A DNA stretch of 64,000 nt from Octopus sinensis (Eukaryota), in contig NC_042999.1 of the NCBI RefSeq assembly GCF_006345805.1, positions 128,402,001-128,466,000 of the forward strand. The letters run 5' to 3'. Under the pieces are notes generated by a model. The model was not told the origin of the DNA. It made no database searches and was given only the letters and a program-made list of their open reading frames with translations. Position numbers and translations under genes: made by a program. Shown in pieces: positions 51,790-64,000 of this stretch. Each line of letters begins with the position of its first letter. Positions within the stretch are counted from its first letter, which is position 1.

Positions 51790-53030
51790 AATCATCGAGT
51801 TTTTAAGCCTTGTACTATAACCCACTTCCCCACCCACTCCATTGGTGGGTCATCAGAAGTGGCCAATCCACTGCTTATCATCTTCTGACTTTCAGCTTAA
51901 ATTCTCTCTCTCCTGCTCCATAACCAGTAAGAGGTTCTTTCTGCTGCCTCTACCATCCTGCACACAGCCACCCATTGCTCTTTTCTTCTCATTCCAATAG
52001 CTGTAAGCATCCTCCATGCTGACTGGGTAGGGAATCTCCTACAGACAGGGAAAAACCATGATACCTATATCTTCTCCCAGGAAACTTGCAAAAGGCTCTT
52101 ATACTTGCCACGCTTCTATTCATAAGTCGGCTCACACCCTTGTTCCTGCAGACTGTAAGCTCAAGCAGATTATCTTCCTTGCCTCTTCAGGCCACAAAAC
52201 TACATCTGGCATTAGGCTTGTATGGACAACCTAGAGAAATTGTAGGCTTTCTCTTAGGTCCACTTACATATCCCATGATTGGGCCCTGTGTAGTAGACTA
52301 TTTGTTTTTTTTTTTACTGTTCTCAATAACATTTTCTTGTTTTCACAAACTTGATTGCTGCTATGGTCTTCTCCTGTCAATGGTGTTTCTTGAACCTTTC
52401 CTGCTACAGGCTGTGAGAAAGTGTTGCAAGCACCTTGTCATGGTGCTACTTGTATCTCCCTTGAGTAAGTGCTATTTTGCATCCCAACAAGATTTGTGCA
52501 AGGGTACACTTTTCTCCACAAAGTCTACAGAGCGGGTCCCCCTTCAAACCCTATTGGTGCAGGTTTGTTGGCATTGGTAGTGAGTGTGTCATATACTGCC
52601 TGCAGCAGGAAGGAGATGTTGGAAGTTTCCAGTCTCCATGGGTCTGTCCATGTGACCTTATTTTTGGGGAGGTCCCATTTAGTCTAGACTTCCTGAGACA
52701 TCAGCTCCACAGCTTTTGACCTTTCTTCCTCCTGGTTTCGTACTTTTGCCTGGATCATGGCCCACCTATTCTTGATAGTCTTCCATTGCTGGTAATGGGA
52801 AGGACTGAGACCCTGCCATCCTCTGCATGCTATTCCAACAATGTCACATAGCTTCAGCATGCTTTCAGACTGAGCAACTGTGATGCTGGCCACCCACTTT
52901 GTCTGGACCTTGTTGTGATACCATCATATCTGACATGCTCATCCTAGTAGTAGCTATTCATCCTTACAACTCTACATCTTGCAACCTTAAATTCCTCCAC
53001 CACAGATGACAGAGGAAGTTGTGGTTGTCC
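51790..53030 (-). mobile_element. Non-LTR retrotransposon remnant with Zn-knuckle and restriction-like endonuclease region (HERO/NeSL-like)
   Basis: LPLSSVVEEFKVARCR, GDPLCRLCGEKCTLAQILLGCKIALTQGRYK*HHDKVL, AAERTSYWLWSRR. Confidence 0.78.
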
Positions 53031-53558
53031 AGTAATTCAATTGCTTATGTATGTATACTAATTTCTCATTACTATGCAATACAAAATAAATTTGGATAGA
53101 AAAACACTAGGTGAGGGCTCTACAATTTTATACACAATTTTACAAAAACTTTAAGACTGACTGTGGAAGCTTTAGAATAGCAAAATCCAAATCTGAATTA
53201 AACACAGAAATAAATGGCATGTAAAAAATATCATATATCATTAAATATACTTGCATTTATCATTATATAATTTCAAATCTAGCAATGGAGACTTTATCAG
53301 TTATAAAATTACTTACCTAACACTGTGCAACATACTGCAGAACACCCACTCTACATGCTATAAGATATTATTTTGGAAATGAGATTGTGAAAGCTTTGAA
53401 ACATAAGAATAATGGATTTAGAAATGTTATGGTTTAAGCCAAATATAAAGGACTAAAAAAGAAATTGGGAAAATCCTAAATCAAAATGATCAAACTTAAA
53501 CATAATCATGTTTTTAGCATGTCTGGGAGAATAAAACTGTTCTCATTATATGTGAGTG

Positions 53559-53607
<49 letters not shown>

Positions 53608-53963
53608 ATGTGTGTGTGTGTGCATGTGTGTGTGTGCATGCGTACATGCATGTGTGTTTGTGTAAATATGGAACAGCTTACCTTTTAAATACATTACATT
53701 AAAAACATTGTTATCAGGGCAAAGGGTCTATGTATGCAATGTATGCAATGTATGCATTGTGTGCCTTTCCCACGATAAAAATTTTTGTGTAAGTATAATT
53801 GATTATTGATAATTTTCATTAGATTCATTGTAGTCATATTTAATTTTATTTCACATTCCTTCATTTCTTAGTATAAAGTTGTCAACAGAAACATAAGGAA
53901 GAGAAAGCAAATTTTTTACTGATTGCTTTCAGTCATAGTAAGAGTGGTGATGCTATTTTCTTT

Positions 53964-54150
53964 GTAGGAGATTCCAAAGTCGTCTGGAGGCCATGAATGA
54001 GGCTAATGGCGATTTTATTGAATAAATTTACTCTTTAGTATCTCAAGATATTTTTATGTAATTTTGATAAATATATCTGCTAAAATGAGATGTCAGTGCT
54101 ATTTTCATTTTTGCATAATTTAGACGACGGTTTATTTACTGCACCCTGTA
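53964..54150 (+). mobile_element. 3' end and TIR of the same Tc1/mariner family as 13870-14519
   Basis: gtaggagattccaaagtcgtctggaggcc...aatggcgattttattgaataaattt matches 14436-14519 and continues to ...gcaccctgTA. Confidence 0.75.
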
Positions 54151-54784
54151 TATGCAACTTTGGTACCGTGTAGTGTTTTCAAGAAATGGTCAATACATTT
54201 CTCTGATAAAAGAAGAAAAATTTTCCTTTTTGTCTCTTTGTCAAGAATATTTTTGTTCTAATAACATATCTTCCAGCACATCTCATTTGCTATTTTTCTG
54301 ATGTATCCTAAAATTTTACCATTTCCTTGATCTTTGAGAGAAATCTCCATATTGGATATGTATCTTGTCTATTGATTAATTATTGATGGCAATCACTCCT
54401 GATATTACTATTAAGAGACACTACAAAAAAGTAAAATGCTCGCTCAAAACCAAACAGATATTCAAATATTATCAAAGGACAAATATCTATGTATTGATTC
54501 TTTTCTTTCTTTTCTCTGTGGCAATAACGACTGAGTGAAATGTATTATAATGATGGTTACAGGTAGTTCCTGCACTCACTCTTCCAATATCTGAGCAGAA
54601 GGACAAAAGTCTGGGTTTTCGGGTCTCTGATTCTTCCTGTCTCATCCTACAGTTGTGAGACTTGGACATTGTCCAGGGCCTCTAGGCAAAGGTTAAGTTA
54701 CCTTCTCAAGTCATACTAACTCATAAAGGCTGGTTTCCCAGTTTCATGGTGTATATATTCTCCGCCTGGATGGGAAGCCAGCCC

Positions 54785-55839
54785 GTCAAGCTTCAAGCAT
54801 ATAGTTTCCATCCGGATATTGTACGATGGGTTGGTGCCTTCCTCTCAGATCACTCGTTTTAAGTCCAAGTTAATGGTTCGCTGTCCGACGTCTCCAGTGC
54901 GAGCAGTGGCATGCCTCAAGGTTCAGTGCTTGGGCCCTTATTGTTCTTAGTCTTCATAAATGACTTGCCCGACGACCTCACACAACACACCCTTCTATTT
55001 GCCGATGATGTTAAACTGGTCACTCCTCGCGGTGATATAGATGATCTTCGTCGATGCCTCCACCAAGTTTGGAGATGGTCTAACGAATGGGATCTGTGCT
55101 TGAACGTGTCAAAGTGCTGTCATCTGCCTGTTGGTTCTTCTCCTGCAACTCAACTTGATTTCAAGCTGGGTTATCTGCTGTTGGAGAGGACCGACCAGGT
55201 AAAGGACCTGGGTATCTTGGTGGATTCTTCCTTTTCGCCTTTGGCCCAGTGCGTCCATGCTGCCAACAAAGCACGTGGAGTTCTGTTTTTGATTCGACGG
55301 TCATTCGGAATGCTCACAGCAGCCATATTCCTACCGCGCTATGTCACGCTGGTGAGACCCATATTGGAGTATGGGATTCAAGCCTCTTCTCCTTATCTCC
55401 TCAAAGACATATATCATCTTGAAAGAGTCCAGAAGCTGGCTACCCGCATGGTTTTTGGTCTCAAGCATTTGTCTTATGAAGAAAGACTGAAGACGCTCGA
55501 CCTTTATTCTCTAGAAAAATGACGACGCCATGGTGATCTCATTCTTGCTCACAACATCATAAGCGGAAAGTGTAACCTCTCGAAAAAAAGCTCTATCTGC
55601 GACGATTTCATCTCAATCGAAGGAGAGGGACTTTCTCTGTCTGGGTTGCGGATCCATGGAATAAGCTGCCGGACGAGTTAGTGAAGATGCCGACGACCGC
55701 TCGGTTCAAGGTCTCTCTTGACCAGGAATGGCCTGAACTCTTTGCATGAACACCACCCTGTACATAACTCCATGTTCCCCTACATGGCCTTACTTTTTGC
55801 TTTTTGAGCCAAAAGATTAACTTAACTTAACTTAACTTA
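54785..55839 (+). mobile_element. CR1-like LINE copy 2
   Basis: Colinear and highly similar to 14970-16004. PQGSVLGPLLFLVFINDL, LFADDVKL. Ends in an (AACTT)n tail. Confidence 0.9.
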
Positions 55840-57429
55840 CTCATTTTTAGCAGCTGAGTGGACTGGAGCAATGTAAAATGAAGTGTTTTGCTCAAGAACA
55901 CAATATGTCAAAACCACACTCAAACCACTTATCCACGTGTCTCCACTGGGCCCTTGAGGGCCACCTGAACTCCATTGATAAAAAGACACTTCACAGGTTT
56001 ATGGGCTACCATTGGCCAAATTTTGTATCCAACCAATGACCTTATGCAAAAACTGGAATGCATCCTGTTCACTTGTATGATTTGTGAGCATTGGCTTAGA
56101 CTATTTGATCATACTTAGACTGTTTGATCCCCTTTTTAGAGGATCTGGTTGGGGTGATGACTCATGTCGATCAGCCACATGTCTCATGGTCACAGCAGAT
56201 GAGGAAGTATCTTACAGAGATGGGAACTGCCTATGACACTGTTCAGAAGGTTGCTCAAGATATCCTGTGCAAATGATGGATGCAGCAATGTGCTTCAACC
56301 CTGCATACCTGACCTCTCGGGTTCTCAGGTAGTTAATGTCACTTAGTAGTTTAAAAGCATGAAGCAGTCTGTCTTTTTATAAATCAGTAAGATCCAGGAT
56401 GTTAATTTCATTCTCTGTTGTATAAGGTATGTCAAATAAAATCTGTCACTAGATATGATGTTATTCTACCACAAGTTGCCTAAAATTTATTAATTTGTTT
56501 TCCACACAGAAAGATGAACTGAAATGTTTACAATTAACTGTTTTTCCCAGAGCTTCAATGAAATAACTAGTTAATTTAAACTTAAAATTCAAAAGTTTGT
56601 AGTCCAGTACCTTATCCATTATATTATTTTATGTCTATTTAAAAAACTTTTTTTGCCAGAGTTTTTTCCCAAACCTCTGATTATAGACAGGATTATATAA
56701 TTAGAGGCCTGAGGAGGTCAGTTATTTTGCAGCCAACAAGCATGATGCTAACTGTCCTTTGATTCTGGTATTATGCAATATTTTTAAATATTTCAGGTTA
56801 AGATTACTTCACATTGAGACTAGAGAAATGTGTATGTAAGACATTTTTGCCTCATTAATCATGCTATGCTTTATGTAAATTTTGTCTGGGTGTATATACT
56901 TGATTGTATATATGCATGTATGTCTGTAGTCTATCTGTCTGTATGCATGTATGCCTATAGCTATATATTTATATGTGTATTTATGTACATGTGTATTTAT
57001 AAATGAATGTATATATGCTGACACACATGTATGTATATGTATGTACGCATATATGTAGGCATATATGTAGACATGTATGTGTATTTATATGTGTGCCTGT
57101 GTTTTTTCTACACATGCCAATACATTATGTTTATCATATGTGAAGTAAACATGATTACATGTTCAGACCTAAAGGGTTTGTTGAGTGGCACATGTGGTTA
57201 ACTTTACAAATCAGCAGATTGAGAATGAGCTTCTCAATCATACTGCTGTCTAATCAACTGTAAGACCACTTTAGCTTACATGTGACATATATACTATTAT
57301 ACCACATTCAACACACATCTAAAACAAGGATTATGTGTTTTTACCAGAAACTAAATATAAACAATATTAGGTTGGAAAGAAATTCCTGCTGCATCTCAAG
57401 ATGGGAAAGACACCAATGCTTCTTTGGTC

Positions 57430-58620
57430 TTAATTCGTATATTTAACCAAGATAATATTTCTCCACACTATTGATAATATAATCCCATCTATTTGGCAAA
57501 TTATTGACCCCGCAGTTGTAAAATTATTCAGGTTTCAAAGTGCAGAAACACTCAATATCATTTTTAACCTCTTCACAATTAATAAACTGTTTTCTCTCAA
57601 AATAATTTTGCAATGATCTGTAAAGATGATAGGGAGATGGAATAAGGTCAGGAGAGTAAGGAGAGTGAATCAAAATCTTCTATATTTAGTACTATAATCT
57701 TTTCCTGAGTAACTTGGGTAATATATGGTCTTGCATTATCATGTGAGAGCAACATTCCTTTACAAATGACTAATGATGGACACTCTTTCTACAAATCATT
57801 GGGCAATACTTTCAGCTGACGACTGTAGTTCTCAACATTAACCATTAATAGAAAATTACTATTTTTAAATTTCACAACAAGAGATATTCAGCAACAGTAC
57901 TTTGTAGTAAAGATCGTTTACCAACATAACATGGCAGTCCTGGTTTAGGATGAATGTTGCTGTAATTTAGCCCCAGGAGGGTGAGGGTGCTAGATTCCCT
58001 TGTTCAAAAATATAAGGACACAGATCATGTCGTATAATCAGCTGGAGACAATGTCTCCTGGGGCTAAATTACAGCAACATTCATCCTAAACCAGGACTGC
58101 CATGTTCATCATCATCATCATTTAGCGTCCGCTTTCCATGCTAGCACGGGTTGGATGGTTCATGTTATGTTGGCAAATAATCTTTACTATTAACCATTAT
58201 GTTTTGGTTTAACACGTCACAATAGATGACATCCTTTATATTCCACCAAACACAAAGCATAACTTTTTTCATGTGTTTCCTGGTTTGGGGATGGATTCTC
58301 TTTTGTCATTCGATGCTAACCATTGTTGTTTTTGTTGGATATGACTACAGAGGATCTACTTTTCCTAGTTTGTGATGTTTCTACCCAGGAAAGATTCGGT
58401 AACAAGTCTGCTCTTCAATGACAAGCAAAGTGCAACTCATTGATTAAGCTCAGAATCAATCAGATGATGAGAGACCTGCTGATTAAGTTTATACATTTTT
58501 TCAAGTTCTCTTTGATACAACAATTGAAATTCTTATTAATTGAAAAACAAGTGTTGTGTATGAAATTCTGAGACATTATTATACATTGATATGCTTATAT
58601 TAGTGTCTACACCCTCTTGG
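57430..58620 (-). mobile_element. Mariner (Mos1-like) transposase pseudogene interrupted by a foldback insertion
   Basis: KKVMLCVWWNIKDVIY...NQNIMV|NVENYSRQL...LSHDNARPY...SPYSPDLIPS.YHL.RSLQNYF...LPNRWDYII. The frame joins across 57848-58198. Confidence 0.75.
57848..58188. mobile_element. Foldback-type insertion with about 75-bp inverted arms and an about 11-bp TSD
   Basis: 57905-57979 pairs with 58055-58106 plus 58161-58189. Direct repeat attaaccatta at 57837-57847 and 58189-58199. Confidence 0.78.
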
Positions 58621-59896
58621 ATGTAATAAAGAGTTCAATTCAAAATTTCAAGATCATCATCATTTTATGTCTGTTTTCCATGCTGGCATGGGTTAGACGT
58701 TTTGACAGGAGCTGGCAAGCTAGAGAGCTGCACCAGCATCCATTTGTCTGTTCTAGCATGGTTTCTATGGCTTGATGCCCTTCCTAATGCAAAACCATTT
58801 TTACAGAGTGTACTGAGTGCTTTTATGTGGCACCAGTACAGGTACTTTCTGTGTGGCATGAGTAGCTTGCAAGACAAAAACCTCTCAGCTGGGAGAGAGA
58901 ATGGAACTGAGAAAAGTGACTGTGAGCCAGATGAGTGGTTGGAGTATAACAAAGGGACAGAGGTGTCATCGCACATGAAGAAGGTCAGAGAGTATAATGG
59001 TTGAAAAGTTGTAACTATAACAACAAAAATAAGAACACTAATCTGAATTCATCAGTTTGCAAAAGAAAATGCTATATTTTTGCTGTCATGTGCAGTTAAG
59101 ACAAGTGCAGTTGATATTAAATAGAAGTGCAGTTAATATCTTTGATGCAACATATATTACATATACCATTACATGGAAAAGATGACATTTAACTCTAGTG
59201 CCTTGTCGTAGTTGCAGAAAATGTTTTACAATGTTTAATACAATTCTTAGGTGTACTTGATGATCTTCCCTTTATCTTTTCTTACTTTCTTTTTGTTTTT
59301 TCTTTTGATACTTTTTCTTTTTCATTAACAACCACATCAAGAATATTCTGTTGACCTAATGCATCCTCCAGCAAAACTTACTTGCTTTTTTTTAGATATA
59401 GTTCCAATATTTCTCTGTTTTCAGTTTTCCAAAGAAATGTCTATATTGGATGTGTGTGTCCTGTCTATTGATTAAATATTGATGGTAATGGATAAATGGA
59501 CTCCAGATATTGCTATTAGAAAACACTAAAAGAAAAAAAATGCTCAAAACCAAACAGATAATTCAAATATTATCTTTTTTTTTCTATATTGATAAAGACT
59601 GAGTGAAAAATGCAGAATAATAGTCTATTATAGAAATCTATATCAGAACTTGTACCTCAGTCCATGGTGAGTAAATCAGTACAATAGAACAATTAGTTTA
59701 TCTCTGTCCAGTTGATAATAAATTAACTGATCCTTCTCTTTATTGTATTCTCTCAGGGCAATTAAAATAAAACGTTTTGTTCTTCAGCAGATTGATATCC
59801 TGTTGGTCTTCAAAACTATCCTATTTCAGTTGTTGCTGGTCAAATAAATCTCTGTGGTTGATTTATAGTAGTCACATGATTTATTTTTTTGCATAG

Positions 59897-59964
<68 letters not shown>

Positions 59965-60055
59965 GGTGTATTTGTATGTTTGTGCATGTAAGCATGTAAA
60001 TGAAGGTATTTATGCATCACTTGTATGTGTATTTTTAAATTTATATATATGTATA

Positions 60056-60126
<71 letters not shown>

Positions 60127-60289
60127 GTCTGTTAATGAGTAGGAAAGGCAGAGCCCATAATTTTTTATAGGGCTTCCAAGCCTGATGGGAGGGAGGAAAG
60201 ATGCTATATCAAAATGCACACCTGGCCTAAATGTTTGTAACAGAGTGGACTCTGCTAAAGGCTCCAAGGCTGCCTGGTGATGATGTTAA

Positions 60290-60770
60290 CCCTTTAGCAT
60301 TCAGATCACTTTGTCAAATGTAATATATAATGATAGTTACGCAGGCTCAGAAAGACAGTCTTGCAATTTCTTGCTGAAAACTTGTGCAAATGATTTGTTT
60401 ATAATGATTGAGTGTTTATGCTGCACATTAGCTCACTTCCTCCATCAGATGTCTAATTCATTGCAGAGCAACATGAGACAAAGTGTTTTGCTCAAGAACA
60501 CAATGAACCACCCAGTCAAGGAACTGAAACCATGATCTTATGATCATGAGTGCAACACCCTAACCACTAGGGCACATACCCTCATTCTGTCTAATGTCAA
60601 ATTTATCTATTCACATTGTTTTGAATTAATGAAGGCTTATCGCATAGCTATGAGATTTTAATGATGTGGTTGTTTATTTTAGAATGACATTGTCAGCCAC
60701 ATCTGACTGGTTTGAATACAAAACAGAAGGAATGTTTAGGCCAGATATGGTTGGTTTAAATGCTAAAGGG
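60290..60770. mobile_element. TTAA-flanked MITE (piggyBac-like) containing a SINE D insertion
   Basis: ttaa|ccctttagcattcagat ... aaatgctaaaggg|(t)ttaa. Confidence 0.65.
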
Positions 60771-61268
60771 TTTAACCAGCACAGGTACTTTTATGTGGTA
60801 TCAGCATGGGTGCTTCTTATGTGGCACCAGCACAGGTGCTTTTTGCATGGCGCCAGCAGCTTGCAAGACAAAAACCTCTCAGCTGAGAGGTGGGTAGATC
60901 TGAGGAAAGTGGTTGTGAGCCAGATGAGTGATTGGAGTATAACAGAATGTTTAGACCAGATATGGCTGGTTTAAATTTTAAAGGGTTTAACTAGCCTCTG
61001 GATTAAGTCTTATGCTACAAGTATTGCACTAGCTATTTTATTGTCGGTGACATTAACTCATATCCGAGTAGTTAATCTGCAACAAGTAATTGATCCTCTT
61101 CATCCTGGTAGGTGTGAAGGGTGCTGGTACATGAGGTGTCTGTTTGGACCAAGGGCAGCATAGAAGAGCCAGGGGCATTTATTACAGGAGAGAGTTGGCA
61201 AGGAACAAGGAAGTGTGAACCACTCTTTGAGCCATTCTATAACTAAACTTTAAATCGATATCCTTTAA

Positions 61269-61806
61269 CCCTTTAGCATTCAGATTACTCTGACAAATGT
61301 AACTGGCACTCCATTGGTTAAAAGCACCGAAGGTTCCAGTCGATCGGATCAACAGGACAGCCTGCTCATGAGATTAATGTGCAAGTGATTAAGTACTCCA
61401 CAGACATGTGTGCCCTTAATGTAGCTCTCAGAGAGATTCAGCATGACACAGAATGTGACAAGGCTGGTCCTTTGGAATACATGTACTACTCATTTTTGCC
61501 AGCTGAGTGGAATGTGAGATAAGTGTCTTGCTCAAGGACACAACACATTGCCAGGAATCGAACTCATGACCTTACAATTGTGTGCCAAATACTAAGCAAC
61601 ACACCTTCACTTCTGACAAATATAGTGATTATCTATTCACATTCACATTGTTTTGTATCAATCATGTATCATTTCATAGATTTCAATGATGTTCTATTCT
61701 TAGAATGACATTGTAGGTAGGTGCAAAAGGCTGGATCTAGTCAGTTTGAACATAAAACAAGTAGAATATGTTTTGAATGGATATGGCCAGTTTAAATGCT
61801 AAAGGG
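61269..61806. mobile_element. Second copy of the TTAA-flanked MITE, with an internal SINE insertion
   Basis: ttaa|ccctttagcattcagattactctg ... tttaaatgctaaaggg|ttaa; the body is similar to 60290-60770. Confidence 0.7.
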
Positions 61807-61985
61807 TTAAGTACTTCCAATTGTTGGATGCAGTTAGCCCTTCAGTGACATGAAGATACCAGATACACCATGAGTGGTTATAAAATTAAAACAGATATAT
61901 TTCCCTTGAGCTATGGTCCAATCCTTCTCCATATGCTATAAATTATATTGCAAATATTGAACCATGGCAGCATCTTTTTATTGCC

Positions 61986-62086
<101 letters not shown>

Positions 62087-62239
62087 GTTTCCTCACTAAT
62101 CTTATTTATAGCTAGCCAGTTAAGCAATGACTTTCAGACAACTGTTCCTCTAAAACAACACAAAAAAACAAAACAAAAAACTTCCAGATTCTTTATTGTG
62201 TTTCTCCTCTGTATTGATTTACTCCACTCACATACACTT

Positions 62240-62640
62240 ACTGTCACCACCACCAACCCTTCCCCACATACATTACCATCACCTCCACTGCACCACCATG
62301 GCTGCCACCAACATGACAACAACGACGATGTCGATGACGACGACGACGACCACCACCACCACCACCAACACTATGCTAAGTAACACTTTAATTTTCCTAA
62401 CAGACAAACCAGGAACTATTTTTATTGGTGGTTTTGTAATCTCTGATCTTATTTTATTAAACAAAACAACAATTTATTTTGTAATCACCATCCTCGTTTT
62501 TGTTGCCGTCATTGTTGTCGTCATCACTATTGCCATCGTCATCACCACCACCAATACCACTACTGCCATTGCACCATCATCTTCTTTATTATCATTTCTC
62601 ACATCAACATCATCACCAGTATCACCAATGAGTCAATGAG
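62240..62640. repeat. Cryptic trinucleotide repeats (CAC/GAC/ATC types)
   Basis: Directly visible. Confidence 0.85.
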
Positions 62641-63510
62641 AGAACCTTATTGCAGTTGCTTGACCTGCAAGAAATAGCAGTGAATTCTTCCTCAAATTGT
62701 ACTTTACAGTCTTGAAAAAGAAAGGGGTGAGCACATTGAATAACGTAATCTCAAATACACCTCTTCTTTTACCTGTTTCAGTTATTTCACTATAGCCATA
62801 CTAGAAAACTGCCATACAGGGTTTTAGATGAAGAATTTGACCCAGGACTTATTCTTTGTAAGCCTAGTACTTATTCTATCAGTTCTTTTTGCCAAACCAC
62901 TAAGTTATGGGGTCATAAACACACCAACATCAATTGTCAAACGATGATTGGAAGGGGGTTCAAACACAAACACAAAGACACACACACATAAATACACACA
63001 CACACACACACACAATCAAAATAAGTAACAGGATGCCAAGTATTAGTGCAATACGACTATTTCAAGCAGTTCCATTTAATTGAACAATGCAAGCATTACA
63101 TCAATTTAAATACAGTGCCATCTTCAGTTGCAAGAAATATGGATTTTCAACAGACAAGATATATTAATATAATTTTTCTCAAATATTTTATCAGAGCTAG
63201 AGGATGAAAGAATTTCATGTTGCTACTATTGCAGCAAGAATAAGCTAAGAGAAGAACAACTACAATTTTTGGAGTGGCATGGAATGGAATCCAGTGGTGG
63301 GGGGTCATAGGATTGTAATTCATTTCTAATTTTTTTATCTACTTTCTTATCATCAACAAAAGATCTAAGGCTAGTGGACTACGTTTATTGAAAATCAAGA
63401 GCATTGTGAGTTGACAGTTCAGAACTAGTTGGTGGACATAAATAAATATTACTAAATGTTCCCCCTATTCCTTAATTTCTTACTGCCATAAGTACCCCTC
63501 ATATGACAGG

Positions 63511-63554
<44 letters not shown>

Positions 63555-63893
63555 TCTTTCTATATATATATATATATATCTATGACAGGCTTCTTTCAGT
63601 TTCCATCTACCAAATCCATTCACAAGGTTTTGGTCAGCCCAAGGCTATAGTAGACGACATTTGACCAAGGTGTCACACAGTGGAACTGAACTCAGAACCA
63701 TGAGGTTGGGATGCAAGTTTCTTGCCACACAGCCAAACCTGCACCTGAGTTCATAGCTGGAAAGTTCTAGGACTAAATAGTATCACAGCCACAACTTCTG
63801 CCATAAACATCACCATTCACATTGTCGTCAACAAGTCTTTCTTCTGTTTCATTCCCACAGTGTCCAGACAATTACATATTGCAGATTTTCTCT

Positions 63894-63894
<1 letters not shown>

Positions 63895-63990
<96 letters not shown>

Positions 63991-64000
63991 TGTGTTTGTG
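63895..64000. repeat. (TG)n microsatellite running off the window end
   Basis: Directly visible. Confidence 0.97.

Noticed and set aside
45142-52719. Antisense or off-frame ORFs overlapping LINEs (e.g. 46071-46490, 46906-47226, 52086-52580)
   Set aside because: They are shadows of retrotransposon coding sequence on the other strand or frame.

Overview
AT-rich, repeat-dense eukaryotic DNA with no prokaryotic features and no confidently identifiable host gene, rRNA, tRNA or CRISPR array. The repeat mix resembles an octopus or other cephalopod genome; this is an inference from recalled repeat landscapes and was not checked. Contents: RTE-clade LINEs (one 3.2 kb endonuclease+RT copy plus several 3' fragments), two CR1-like LINE copies, a HERO/NeSL-like restriction-endonuclease LINE remnant, a Penelope-like GIY-YIG remnant, about eight decayed Tc1/mariner elements, hAT- and piggyBac-like MITEs, several tRNA-derived SINE families and abundant simple repeats. 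Almost all ORFs in the supplied track are microsatellite or antisense-to-TE artefacts. A few splice-site-bounded candidate exons and one non-repetitive 133-aa ORF hint at a minus-strand host gene, but the evidence is weak. The most striking structure is a high density of inverted repeats: three 170-210 bp local inverted duplications spaced 0.7-3.5 kb apart, four compact foldback hairpins and a tail-to-tail LINE pair. Identities quoted are from manual alignment.
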